From Callorhinchus milii (taxonomy: Eukaryota), in NCBI RefSeq assembly GCF_018977255.1, contig NW_024704908.1, forward strand, positions 1-64,000: 64,000 nt of DNA. Reading direction: 5' to 3'. Position numbers and translations under genes: made by a program. The notes under the pieces are model-generated. The model searched no databases. It was not told the origin of the DNA and saw only the letters and a list, made by a program, of their open reading frames with translations. Within the stretch, counting starts at the first letter, position 1. Each line of letters begins with the position of its first letter. Positions 23,334 to 36,602 of this stretch are shown here, piece after piece.

Positions 23334-26300
23334 TGGCGCTGGAGGGGCATTGTGGGGGGTAATCTGTGCATATGCTATGTGGGGAGTGTGGATGATAGCC
23401 ATGGGGAATGTGTATTTATGCCTGTGTATGTTTGTGTGTGTTTATGCCTGTGTGTCTGTATGTATGTGTGGTTCACATGGGGTATGTATGTGTGTGTCTG
23501 TGTGTATGCCTTATGCCTCCAGATATAAAAGGCGCTTTACAAATGTAATGTTGTTGTTATTGTTTCTGTATGTATGTGTGGTACACATGGGGAATGTGTC
23601 TGTGTGTTTTTGGTATGTTGGTAGTGTGTCTGTGTGAGGTACACTTGTGAAGTGTGTGTGTGTGTAAAGTCCACCTGGGGAGTACGTGTGAGGTATGCGG
23701 GAAGCGTGTGTGTGTGAGGTATACTTGGGGAGTGTGTGTGAGGTCCACTTGGGGAATGTGTGTGTGTGTGTGTGAGGAACAACAACTTGGATTTATATAG
23801 CGCCCTCCACGCCGGACGGAGTCTCAGAGCTTCACAGTGACGGATCCCGGGGCCGAGCCGGGGGGAGGGGGTGGTAGGTGACCAAAGGCACGGTTGAAAA
23901 GAAAAGGGCGGTTCAGCAGAAATCTGAAAAGAGGAAGAGAGGGGGCGAGGCGAAGGCTGTGAGGAAGGGAGTTCCAGAGCCTCGGGGCATAGTGGCTGCA
24001 AGCACGGCCGCCGAGGGTGGAGAGGAGGACTCGGGGGACAAGGAGGAGGCCAGACCCGGAGGAACGAAGGCAACTTGGGGAGTGTGTGAATGTGTGAGGT
24101 CCACTTGGGGAATGTGTTTGTGTATGAGGTACGTGGGGAGTGTGTGTGAGGTACGTGGGGAGTGTGTGTGTGAGAGGTACGTGGGGAGTATGTGTGCGTG
24201 TGAGGTACGGAGCGAGTGTGTGTGAAGTACGTGGGGAGTGTATGTGTGTGTGAGAGAGGTACGTGGGGAGTGTTTATTTCCTCTCTCGATGGCCAAGCTG
24301 ATATTCCGTCCTCCCTGGGATAAGGGGTGAGAGCGGCGACCGAGGTAAGGCCTGGAGCGCGGTGCAGCTCGCGGTTGGGGGGGGCGGGGGGTGAGCTGAC
24401 GTGTGTCTCGCTGCTCTTCACCACGACAAAGACCCTCTGTAGCCTCCCCACCAACCCCCTCCCTCCCCCCTCACACCCCTGTCTGTCGCATTCAGTGGCC
24501 TGAAGGAGCTGAGCAGACTGATCGCTGGGCGCCCGCCCCACAGATACACACAGAGCCAGACAGACAGACAGTGTGAAGCCTGTGGTCGTGTCAAGGAGAA
24601 TGGTAACCACAGGGTGTGCTGGCTGAGAGACACACAGGCACACAGACACAGGCACACACATACATACAGACAGGCAGACACACACACAGACAGGCAGACA
24701 CGCACACACAGACAGGCAGACAAACACACCCACAGGCAGACACACACACACAGACAGGCAGACACACACAGACAGGCAGGCACAGGCAACATACAGTCAG
24801 GCAGAGACACACACTGACAAATAGATACACATTCACAGACACACACACAGACAAGCAGACACACAGAGAAACACAGACAGGCACACAGACACACACACAC
24901 ACAGAGGTGGAATGGATGAACCCACTGTTGTCATCGACACCAGAGGATGGTGGTGTCAGGGGTAGTGAGGGCTTGTGGCAAATTACACTCTTTGCCCCCT
25001 TGTCCCCATCCCTCCTTCACTGGTGCTTGGGGGAGTGCGAGAGAGAGGAAGCGATCGAGTGGCTGGAATTGCTCATGTGTTGTTGACTTCGGGATTTGCT
25101 GGTTAACCAACTACAACCGCACAACTTGCCATTGTTATCGCTGTCTGGCTAAGCTTTCCCGCTGCTTGTCCAGCTTAGGATCACCCTCCCCGTTAGATAG
25201 GGCTTTGGCTGCAGGGTTAACAGGAGCTGAGGGGGAGGATTCCCTGCCTCCAATGACTGGTTGGCCCTTCCAGGTCCTGTTGATGATCCAGGCCGGGCTG
25301 TGCTGTTATCAGCAGTGAGTGACCTGGAATACTGAGGACCCACCTGGCTCAGGAACCAGACTAGAGACAGTCCCAGAGGCCTGGCTGGATTTCCACACTC
25401 CATTGCCAGACATGTCACGTTGGGGCCATGTTAACTCTGAGGAGACCCCACTGACTTCTGCTTTATCCTGTCCCCCTCATGGATAGTCAGTCACTGCGCC
25501 CCGAAACTCAGGAACACTTCCCTCACTCCTCCTGCCTCGCCCCTCCTTCCGTTCCCATCTTCAGGTCACGCCTGAAGATCTTCCTCTTTGACCGATCACC
25601 CCCCCCGGCTCAGAGTTGTGCTCCGTCACTGTCTGCCCTGCGTGAGGGACGCTGTGTAAGTGCAAGTTGTTGATGAGGGGGTGACAGCATTTATCAGGAG
25701 CTTCCGAGCCTTTTTGGGAGGTGGCCTGGGTGTGCGGCCTCTCATTGCTGGGGAGGGGGTATGTGAAAGGCCAGTGTGTGCCCCCCTCTCTCTCTCCCTC
25801 CCCCCCCCCACACCCACCGCCCCCCGCCCTGCCCTCCTGCTCGCTGGCTGCTGTGAGCATGTTGACGATGTCTTTTCTTTCACAGGTGCTAATTCCCACC
25901 ACAGTCTCGCGGGTTGCCGGCTCCGTCCGTTCACTGCTCGGGTCTTAACGGCGACGGGAAATAGCGCGGAGGACATCGCTCGCGGCAGCTTCTCTTTGTA
26001 TTGTGCCCCCTTTTATCCCTCCCTCTCTCCCCTCCCTCTCTTTTCTCTCCCTCTACCTCCCCCACCCACCACCGCGCCCAGTCTGGACCCACCTCCCCTC
26101 CCCCCTGCCTGGAGCACGTGATGTTTATATATAACTATGTTTCTGGTTTGGTAGCTAATGTGTCCGGCCTCCAGCCTGTCCACAGGGTAGAGAGATTGTC
26201 ACCGTGTAGAGAACCTGCAATAAAAACTATTCTACCTGACGACCCGAGTCTTCCTTTACATCAACTCTGCTCTCTGTCTGTCTGTCTCTCACTGTCCATT

Positions 26301-27097
26301 AGTGGGTGTCTGTCTGTCTGTCAGTCTGTTGCTCTCTCCATCAGTGTGGGTATGTCTCTCTGTGCATGTGTGTGTGTCTCTGACATTATTGGGCTGAGTA
26401 ACTGGGCTATTATTGGGCTGAGTAACTGGGCTATTATTGGGCTGAGTAACTGGGCTATTATTGGGCTGAGTAACTGGGCTATTGTTGGGCTATGGGTTGG
26501 TTATTGGGCGGGTCGTTGGGCTATTGGGCTATTATTGGGGTTGGTAACCTGGTCAGTGAGTTACTGTCATTAACTTCCGGTTTGAGGGGAATTTATGCAC
26601 TTCCGGAAGCCACCGGAACCGGAAATAGAAGCCGTGAAGCTGGTGGAGGTGAGAGAAAGAGAGGGGGACAGAGAGAGAGAGAGAGGAGGGCGGGGGGGCA
26701 GAGAGAGAGGGGGATAGAGAGAGGGAGGGATAGAGAGAGAGAGGGGGGGATAGAGAGGGATAGAGAGAGAGAGGAACAGAGAGAGAGGGATAGAGAGAGA
26801 GAGAGGGGGGACAGAGAGAGCGAAGGATAGTGAGAGAGAGAGGGATAGAGAGAGAGAGGGTTAGAGAGAGAGAGAGGGGGGCAGAGAGAGAGGGGACAGA
26901 GAGAGGGAGAGGGGGGGGACAGAGAGGGATAGAGAGAGAGAGGGGGGGATAGTGAGGGATAGAGAGAGAGACAGAGGGGGGATAGAGAGGAATATATATA
27001 TAGAGAGAGAGGCAGAGTTTATTACAGCCACTGACCAGAGAGAGGGAGAGACAGAGACTATTACAGAAAGATAGAGAGAGAAGTAACCAGGTCAGTA

Positions 27098-30000
27098 GTT
27101 AAGACCCGAGCAGTGAACGGACGGAGCCGGCAACCCGCGAGACTGTGGTGGGAATTAGCACCTGTGAAAGAAAAGACATCGTCAACATGCTCACAGCAGC
27201 CAGCGAGCAGGAGGGCAGGGCGGGGGGCGGTGGGTGTGGGGGGGGGGAGGAGAGAGAGGGGGGCACACACTGGCCTTTCACATACCCCCTCCCCAGCAAT
27301 GAGAGGCCGCACACCCAGGCCACCTCCCAAAAAGGCTCGGAAGCTCCTGATAAATGCTGTCACCCCCTCATCAACAACTTGCACTTACACAGCGTCCCTC
27401 ACGCAGGGCAGACAGTGACGGAGCACAACTCTGAGCCGGGGGGGGTGATCGGTCAAAGAGGAAGATCTTCAGGCGTGACCTGAAGATGGGAACGGAAGGA
27501 GGGGCGAGGCAGGAGGAGTGAGGGAAGTGCTCCTGAGTTTCGGGGCGCAGTGACTGACTATCCATGAGGGGGACAGGATAAAGCAGAAGTCAGTGGGGTC
27601 TCCTCAGAGTTAACATGGCCCCAACGTGACATGTCTGGCAATGGAGTGTGGAAATCCAGCCAGGCCTCTGGGACTGTCTCTAGTCTGGTTCCTGAGCCAG
27701 GTGGGTCCTCAGTATTCCAGGTCACTCACTGCTGATAACAGCACAGCCCGGCCTGGATCATCAACAGGACATGGAAGGGCCAACCAGTCATCGGGGACAG
27801 GGAATCCTCCTACACAATTCCTGTTAACCCTACGAGCCAAAGCCCTATCTAACGGGGAGGGTGATCCTAAGCTGGACAAGCAGCGGGAAAGCTTAGCCAG
27901 ACAGCGATAACAATGGCAAGTTGTGCGGTTGTAGTTGGTTAACCAGCAAATCCCGAAGTCAACAACACATGAGCAATTCCAGCCACTCGATCGCTTCCTC
28001 TCTCTCGCACTCCCCCAAGCACCAGTGAAGGAGGGATGGGGACAAGGGGGCAAAGAGTGTAATTTGCCACAAGCCCTCACTACCCCTGACACCACCATCC
28101 TCTGGTGTCGATGACAACAGTGGGTTCATCCATTCCACCTCTGTGTGTGTGTGTGTCTGTGTGCCTGTCTGTGTTTCTCTGTGTGTCTGCTTGTCTGTGT
28201 GTGTGTCTGTGAATGTGTATCTATTTGTCAGTGTGTGTCTCTGCCTGACTGTATGTTGCCTGTGCCTGCCTGTCTGTGTGTGTCTGCCTGTCTGTGTGTA
28301 TGTTGCCTGTGTCTGCCTGTCTGTGTGTGTGTGTCTGCCTGTCTGTGTGTGTCTGCCTGTCTGTGTGTGTCTGCCTGTCTGTGTGTGTGTCTGCCTGTCT
28401 GTGTGTGTCTGCCTGTCTGTGTGTGTGTGTGTGCCTGTGTCTGTGTGCCTGTGTGTCTCTCAGCCAGCACACCCTGTGGTTACCATTCTCCTTGACACGA
28501 CCACAGGCTTCACACTGTCTGTCTGTCTGGCTCTGTGTGTATCTGTGGGGCGGGCGCCCAGCGATCAGTCTGCTCAGCTCCTTCAGGCCACTGAATGCGA
28601 CAGACAGGGGTGTGAGGGGGGAGGGAGGGGGTTGGTGGGGAGGCTACAGAGGGTCTTTGTCGTGGTGAAGAGCAGCGAGACACACGTCAGCTCACCCCCC
28701 GCCCCCCCCAACCGCGAGCTGCACCGCGCTCCAGGCCTTACCTCGGTCGCCGCTCTCACCCCTTATCCCAGGGAGGACGGAATATCAGCTTGGCCATCGA
28801 GAGAGGAAATAAACACTCCCCACGTACCTCTCTCACACACACATACACTCCCCACGTACTTCACACACACTCGCTCCGTACCTCACACGCACACATACTC
28901 CCCACGTACCTCTCACACACACACTCCCCACGTACCTCACACACACTCCCCACGTACCTCATACACAAACACATTCCCCAAGTGGACCTCACACATTCAC
29001 ACACTCCCCAAGTTGCCTTCGTTCCTCCGGGTCTGGCCTCCTCCTTGTCCCCCGAGTCCTCCTCTCCACCCTCGGCGGCCGTGCTTGCAGCCACTATGCC
29101 CCGAGGCTCTGGAACTCCCTTCCTCACAGCCTTCGCCTCGCCCCCTCTCTTCCTCTTTTCAGATTTCTGCTGAACCGCCCTTTTCTTTTCAACCGTGCCT
29201 TTGGTCACCTACCACCCCCTCCCCCCGGCTCGGCCCCGGGATCCGTCACTGTGAAGCTCTGAGACTCCGTCCGGCGTGGAGGGCGCTATATAAATCCAAG
29301 TTGTTGTTCCTCACACACACACACACACATTCCCCAAGTGGACCTCACACACACTCCCCAAGTATACCTCACACACACACGCTTCCCGCATACCTCACAC
29401 GTACTCCCCAGGTGGACTTTACACACACACACACTTCACAAGTGTACCTCACACAGACACACTACCAACATACCAAAAACACACAGACACATTCCCCATG
29501 TGTACCACACATACATACAGAAACAATAACAACAACATTACATTTGTAAAGCGCCTTTTATATCTGGAGGCATAAGGCATACACACAGACACACACATAC
29601 ATACCCCATGTGAACCACACATACATACAGACACACAGGCATAAACACACACAAACATACACAGGCATAAATACACATTCCCCATGGCTATCATCCACAC
29701 TCCCCACATAGCATATGCACAGATTACCCCCCACAATGCCCCTCCAGCGCCAAATAATATTAATAATAATCCTTGCATTTGATACAGCGCCTTATCACGT
29801 CTTCAAGACGTCTCAAAGCGCTTCACAGAATACACTGTAAAATGTGGCGACTATGTATTTTGTGGACGAAACGCAGCAGCCAATTGCGCCCAGCGATGTC
29901 CCCACAAACAGCTGTGGATTGAGTGACCAACTTATTTTTTTTATTACCCCCGGAAAACGATCAGCCAATTGAGTAACAACTGGGTTCCTACTTACTGCTG

Positions 30001-31655
30001 GGCAAACAGAGGCGTGTGTTTGTGAAGTAAGGACAATTGCCTAACATTTCACCCTGACCCGCCTGGGAATCGAACCCCAGGTCCTCTCGCTTGCGAGGCG
30101 AGCGCTCTAACCACTTAAAACTACAGGACTCCACTGAAGATCAGAACATAGGAACAAGAGGAGACCATTTAGCCACTCGAGCCGGTTCCACCATTCTATT
30201 AGATCATGGCTGATCTGTACCTCAACTCCAATTACCCCATATCATAGTGTGCGAGGGAGTGAGCGAGTGTACGAGTGAGTGAACGAGCGAACGACTGTGC
30301 GATCGAGTGAGTGAGCGAGTGTGTGAACGAGAGAGTGACTGAGCGAGAGGCAGAGTCAGTGAGCTAGTGAGTGAGTAACTGAGTCAGTGATCGAGTGAGC
30401 GTGCGAATGAGTGAGTGAGTGAGTGAGTGAGCGAGCTAACGAGCGAGCGCCCCTCACCTGGGGTCAGTAGGCTGAGTACTGTGTCTCCACGTAGGTGTCA
30501 GTGGGGGTGGAGGTTGAGGTTGAAGCTGCGGTGACACTGGGAGTGCTGTAGGCTGTGCTGTAGGAGGTGTTGTAGCCTGTGCTATAGGCTGCACTGTAGG
30601 AGGCGTTGTACGAGGCCGTGTAGGAGGCTGTGTAGGAGGCTGCCAGGGGAGCCCCAGTCTCGTAGCCGTAGCTGCTGCTGTAGGAGGCCATGGCAGCCGA
30701 GCGGCGGAGGGGGCTGCGATCCCGGCTGTAGTAAGGCTGCGTCTGAGCCAACGTATCGCGGTCATAGGGGTCCAGGGCCTTGCCCATGCGGTCTCTCATG
30801 GTGCTGCTGTAGGAGGCTAGCGGGGTGGCCCAGGGGTCCGGGTAGGGGATGCCCACGGCTCCGTAAGCCCCTGCCCGGTACTTCTCGTAGTAATCAACAA
30901 CCCCATAGCGCGGGGCCATCGAGTAGGGATCCAGGTACTCGGGGTAACCCACGTCCTCCGCCCGCCGGTCAGTGGGACATTCCTTAGACCAGTGGCCGTC
31001 CTTCCCGCACCGGAAACATGTGTTCTTCTCTCCCATCCCCGGCTGCACCCTCAGCCGGCTCTTAGACAACTCCACGTGCATCCGCTTCCCTGAGAGACAG
31101 ATAAGAGAGAGAGAAATAATAATAATAACTTTCATTTGACATAGCCCCTTATCACATTGTTGCGACGTCTCAGAGCGCTTCACAGGATACACTGTAAAGT
31201 GTAGTGACTATGTATACTATGGGAGAAACATGGCAGCCAACTGCGCACAGCAACGTCCCACAAACAGTCGTGGGTTGAGTGATCACACTATTATTATTAT
31301 TATTTTGAAGGGATTATTACTCCCGAAAACGATTCGACAATTGACTAACAAGCGGGTTCCTACTTTCTGCTGATAAACAGAGGCGTGGGTGTGTATGTCT
31401 GTGTGTGGAGTTAGGAAACTTGCCCAACGGTTTGTCTGAACTGACTGGGAATCGAACCCAGGTCCTTTGACTTGCGAGGCGAACGCTCTAACCACTGAGC
31501 TACCGGATTCCACAGAGGGGGGGAGAGAGAAACACAGGTAACGACAGCACTGCTGACAATCCCTATGGCTGCCCGATTATTATAATCCTCACATTCCACA
31601 CAGCGCCTTGCTCCGCTGGTCTTCGCAAGATTTTTCACTAAACGCTTCAGCTGAT
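27098..31655 (-). repeat. Inverted near-identical copy of 21426-25949, including RBM4 exon 3 (30464-31089)
   Basis: Reverse complement matches end to end and the ORFs are identical. It lacks RBM4 exons 1-2 and ends at a 25-N gap. Confidence 0.95.
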
Positions 31656-31680
31656 NNNNNNNNNNNNNNNNNNNNNNNNN

Positions 31681-32825
31681 GGCGACGGGAAATAGCGCGG
31701 AGGACATCGCTCGCGGCAGCTTCTCTTTGTATTGTGCCCCCTTTTATCCCTCCCTCTCTCCCCTCCCTCTCTTTTCTCTCCCTCTACCTCCCCCACCCAC
31801 CACCGCGCCCAGTCTGGACCCACCTCCCCTCCCCCCTGCCTGGAGCACGTGATGTTTATATATAACTATGTTTCTGGTTTGGTAGCTAATGTGTCCGGCC
31901 TCCAGCCTGTCCACAGGGTAGAGAGATTGTCACCGTGTAGAGAACCTGCAATAAAAACTATTCTACCTGACGACCCGAGTCTTCCTTTACATCAACTCTG
32001 CTCTCTGTCTGTCTGTCTCTCACTGTCCATTAGTGGGTGTCTGTCAGTCTGTTGCTCTCTCCATCAGTGTGGGTATGTCTCTCTGTGCATGTGTGTGTGT
32101 CTGACATTATTGGGCTGAGTAACTGGGCTATTATTGGGGTGAGTAACTGGGCTATTATTGGGCTGAGTAACTGGGCTATTATTGGGCTGAATAATTGGGC
32201 TATTGTTGGGCTATGGGTTGGTTATTGGGCGGGTCGTTGGGCTATTGGGCTATTATTGGGGTTGGTAACCTGGTCAGTGAGTTACTGTCATTAACTTCCG
32301 GTTTGAGGGGAATTTATGCACTTCCGGAAGCCACCGGAACCGGAAATAGAAGCCGTGAAGCTGGTGGAGGTGAGAGAAAGAGAGGGGGGGACAGAGAGAG
32401 AGAGAGAGGAGGGCGGGGGGGGCAGAGAGAGAGGGGGATAGAGAGAGGGAGGGATAGAGAGAGAGAGGGGGGGACAGAGAGGGATAGAGAGAGAGAGGAA
32501 CAGAGAGAGAGGGATAGAGAGAGAGAGAGGGGGGACAGAGAGAGCGAAGGATAGTGAGAGAGAGGGGGATAGAGAGAGAGAGGGTTAGAGAGAGAGAGAG
32601 GGGGGGCAGAGAGAGAGGGGGATAGAGAGAGGGAGAGGGGGGGGACAGAGAGGGATAGAGAGAGAGAGGAACAGAGAGAGAGAGGGATAGAGAGAGAGAC
32701 AGAGGGGGGATAGAGAGGAATATATATATAGAGAGAGAGGCAGAGTTTATTACAGCCACTGACCAGAGAGAGGGAGAGACAGAGACTATTACAGAAAGAT
32801 AGAGAGAGAAGTAACCAGGTCAGTA
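31681..32825 (+). repeat. Direct near-identical copy of 25950-27097 (RBM4 3' UTR end and PPP1R11 promoter)
   Basis: Starts GGCGACGGGAAATAGCGCGG and ends GTAACCAGGTCAGTA in both copies. Confidence 0.95.
32290..32369 (+). promoter_or_regulatory. PPP1R11 promoter and non-coding exon 1 (ETS/GABP cluster)
   Basis: ACTTCCGG x2 and CCGGAA x3, then donor GAG|GTGAGA at 32369/32370. Preceded by an ATTGG-rich (CCAAT reverse) repeat. Duplicated at ~26570-26650. Confidence 0.65.
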
Positions 32826-33229
32826 ACTACTCAGAGAGGTAACTAACCACAGAGACCTTACTATAGTCAGTGATAACAGACAGGGACTTACCCAGTAACC
32901 AGAGAGATTCATCAGTGCTACTAATCACAGTCATCAACCAGGTAACTAACCAGGTCAGGGTCACTAACCTGTGTCTCTGTGTCTTGTCACTGTGTGTGTC
33001 CATCACTGGGTGCGTGTGTGTGTCTATCACTGTGTGTATGTCTGTCACTGTGAGAGTGTTGTGTGTCTCTCTCTCACTGTGTGTGTTGTGTCTCTCTTTC
33101 ACTCTGTGTGTGTGTGTTTGTTTCCCTTTCACTCTGTGTGTGTTTGTGTGTGTGTCTCTCACTCTGTGTGTGTCTGTCTGTCTCTCTCACTGTGTCTGTG
33201 TGTTACAGACGCTCTTGCTGTCTGAGGTG

Positions 33230-34843
33230 ATGGAACACGAGGCTGATCATAGCACAATGTCCGACACAGCCGGAGCCTCCTGTACAGTGACCGAGACTGT
33301 AGCCAGTCAGCCTGACACTGTGAGTACCCCTTCATTAATACCCTCTCATTAATACAACAACAATACATTTGTGTAGTGCCTTTCACGTTGGGAGGATGTC
33401 CGGGGGGGGAAGGATGGTGATCAAAGGCACCGTTGAAGAGGAGGATCTTGAGATGGGTCTTGAAGGAGGCAAGGAAGGGGAAAAGGTAGAGGGACTGCGG
33501 GATGGAGGCAGTGGGTGAAGGCCCGCCCACCAATGGTGGGGCAAATGAGGCAGAGGGACTGTGGGAATGGAGCTGGGCTGGGTGGGGAACGTGAAGCAGG
33601 CCAGAGCCCGCTGAGCAGAGGGAGCGGACAGGTTGGTAGGGGGTTAGGAGATTGCAGAGGTCGGGGGGAGCAAGACCATGGAGGGCTTTGAAGGTAAGGC
33701 CCAGACCTTGGAACTGTATCCTCTGTGTGATGGGAAGCCAGTAGAGTCGGGCGAGGATGGGGGTGATGGGGTCACGGTGCGGGAGAGGACACGGGCTGCA
33801 GAATTCTGGATGATCTGCAGCCTATGGAGCACGGAGTTGCGGAGGCCGATAAGCAGGAAGTTTGCTTAGTTGAGCCTCGATGTAATGAAGGCGTGGATGA
33901 GGGTCTCCGGGGGCCTGTCGAGGCAGTCACGGAGCCGGGCGATGTTGCAGAGGTGGGGAAGGTAGAGCGGGTCAATGGCACAGACAGTGGGGTAGAAAGG
34001 ACAGTTGAGGGTCATGCAAGACCTCCTCGCTACCCCATCAGTGAAGCTGTGAGAGTCTCATCAATCACTTGGATCAATACCTCGTCACCAGGATCAATAG
34101 GGCTCTGTGTCGCCTCCCACAGGAAACCCGCAGTATTACGCTGCGTCTGAGGAAAAGGAAAACGGACAAGAAGGTGGAGTGGAGCAGCGACACTGTGGAC
34201 AACGAGAACCTCGGCCGTCGCTCGTCCAAGTGTGAGGATCTCTCTCTCTTTCTCGGTCCCTCCCTCTCTGTGCGTGTGTGTGTCTCTCTCTCTCTGTCTC
34301 TCTCTCTTTGTCCATGTGTCTCACTCCCTCTCTCACTCACTATCCCTCTCTCTCTCTCTCTCTCTCTCTCACTAACCTCTCTCTCTCTCACTAACCTCTC
34401 TCTATCTTTCACTAACCTCTCTTTCTCTCTCACTAGCCTCTCTATCTCTCTCACTAACCTCTCTCTATCNNNNNNNNNNNNNNNNNNNNNNNNNNNNNNN
34501 NNNNNNNNNNNNNNNNNNNNNNNNNNNNNNNNNNNNNNNNNNNNNNNNNNNNNNNNNNNNNNNNNNNNNNNNNNNNNNNNNNNNNNNNNNNNNNNNNNNN
34601 NNNNNNNNTCTATCTCTCGCTCACTAACCTCTCTCTCTCTCTATCTCTCGCTCACTAACCTCTCTCTCTCTAGGCTGCTGTGTGTATAACAAGGCCCGTG
34701 TGTTTGGCGAGAGCTCCTCAGAGAGTGAGGACGACGATGATGAAGATGACGATGGCTGTGGAAACGCACATTGTATCCGGGGGCACAAGAAGCCTTCGGG
34801 AGGAGGGGCGGAGCTCAGCCCTGAGCCCCGCCCCCAACACTGA
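33230..34843 (+). CDS. PPP1R11: Protein phosphatase 1 inhibitor-3
   Basis: Exons 33230-33319 (alternative ATG at 33257), 34123-34231 ([36 protein letters not shown]) and 34674-34843 ([38 protein letters not shown]...*). Has the KKVEW PP1-docking motif. AATAAA at 35844. Confidence 0.95.
33355..33970 (-). mobile_element. L2 LINE 3' fragment
   Basis: [37 protein letters not shown] motifs and the L2 tail. Confidence 0.8.
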
Positions 34844-36094
34844 GGGGGCGTGGTCAGCCCAGGGCACTGATGGGCTCAGGGGCGGAGCTTGGACCATAGC
34901 CCCGCCCATGACACAGAGGTATTGGTATGCCCCGCCCCCTCCCCCACAGCCCCGCCCCCTCCCCTGCAGCCCTGCCCTCTGGGACGGAGCCAGTCAGGTC
35001 ATTGGCTGTGGTCGAGCTGTTGTGTTGTGGTCACTGAGCTGCTCATTGGTGACCCGCTGATACATTGGGGCGGGGCTGAGTGGTGGGTGGGGCATGACAA
35101 GTGGGCGGGGCTCCAGCGATGGGCAGAGCATGAGCGAAAGGCAGGGCATGGGGATAGGGGCGGAGCATGCAGAAAGTACCCAGAGAGATGTGACAGAGAG
35201 AGAGAGAGTGAGTGACCGGTCAGTCAGACAGACACAGAGAGAGAGTGTGACAGAGAGAGAGAGTGACCCTCAGTCAGACAGACAGAGAGAGAGAGAGTGT
35301 GAGAGAGAGAGAGAGAGTGACCCTCAGTCAGACAGACACACAGAGAGAGAGGCCCTCGGTCAGACAGACAGGGAGAGAGTGACAGAGAGAGAGAGAATAA
35401 CCGGTCAGTCAGTCATACAGACAGACACAGAGAGAGTGTGCGACAGGGAGAGAGAGAGTGACCCNNNNNNNNNNNNNNNNNNNNNNNNNNNNNNNNNNNN
35501 NNNNNNNNNNNNNNNNNNNNNNNNNNNNNNNNNNNNNNNNNNNNNNNNNNNNNNNNNNNNNNNNNNNNNNNNNNNNNNNNNNNNNNNNNNNNNNNNNNNN
35601 AATGATCGGTCAGTCATACAGACAGAGAGTGTGTGACTGGAGAAAAAGTGAGAGGAGACCTGCGAGAGACCTATCTCGCAAAGTGACCTGTCAGAGAGCG
35701 TGTCTATGCCTGTGTTACGCGGGGAATGTTATACCCTCTGTGTGTGCGTGCGTGTGTGTGTGACGTGCGTCTGTGTGTGATGTGTTTGTGTTGGGGGGGG
35801 TGGGGGGAGCTGTATAATTACTGTTATTCTCTTGACAATTAAAAATAAAATGCTGGTTCTGAATATGGAGCACGGGAAATGTTTGTGAGCGCACGAGATT
35901 GAGCGCATGCAAGTGATCGAGGGCGAGAGTGAGCCCTCACACGTGCGGGCGGGTCTTCCCATCACCGTTCACTACTCGCAGGCAAGAGAAGATTGTGAGC
36001 AAAACTGGGGTGGCCACATTTTATAAAGCAAATCTGGGAACATGTATAAACATAATAATATCGCCCACAAAACATACAGTCACTACACTTTATT

Positions 36095-36375
36095 ACATAT
36101 AATAATAATCCTTGCATTTGATATAGCGCTGTTCACGTCGGGAGGACGTCCCAAAGCGCTTCACAGAACACACTGTAAAGTGAATTGACTGTATATTTGT
36201 GGGCGAACGCGGCAGCCAATTGCGCACAGCAATGTCCCACAAACAGTCGTGGATTGAAAATGACCAATTTATTATTGTTTTGGGTTTTGGAGGATTATTA
36301 TTAGGCTCTGTGTGGAGTAAGGAAACTTGCCCGAGGTTTCGCCCTCTGCCTGGAATTGAACTCAGGTCTCTCACT
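36095..36375 (-). mobile_element. tRNA-derived SINE
   Basis: Same body and tail as the 21572 element, reversed. Confidence 0.7.
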
Positions 36376-36519
36376 CGCATATTCCACATATAAGGAATGA
36401 CACTGTGTGTGTGTATATATAAACAATGCCAATGTGTATAAGGAGTGACTGTGTGACAATATCTATAACATTTTCAGATATAAACTGAGATGTTGTTGTA
36501 ATAAACTTTGGGCTCAGAC

Positions 36520-36600
36520 TCGGCTCTGCGCCTGCGCAGCTCCCTCGGCCCGGGCTGTGTGCGCATGCGCAAGATGGCGGCGCCCATGGAGAGAGAATGT
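36520..36600 (+). promoter_or_regulatory. VARS2 promoter: two NRF1 sites and a YY1 site
   Basis: TGCGCCTGCGCA at 36527, TGCGCATGCGCA at 36560 and AAGATGGCGGC at 36571, typical of nuclear-encoded mitochondrial genes. Confidence 0.75.
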
Positions 36601-36602
36601 CA

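Noticed and set aside
23537-24769. 410/468-aa ORFs in the duplicated block
   Set aside because: A mosaic of (TG)n repeats, an L2 3' fragment and CA-rich repeats.
30464-31192. Second RBM4 paralog (RBM4B-like) on the minus strand
   Set aside because: Identical to exon 3 of the plus-strand gene, lacks the RRM exons, and lies in a block that looks like a duplicated haplotype.
36574-36598. ATG GCG GCG as the VARS2 start codon
   Set aside because: The nearest donor gives phase 1 while the next exon frame needs phase 0, leading to an early stop. It is better explained as the YY1 motif or a uORF, though not excluded.
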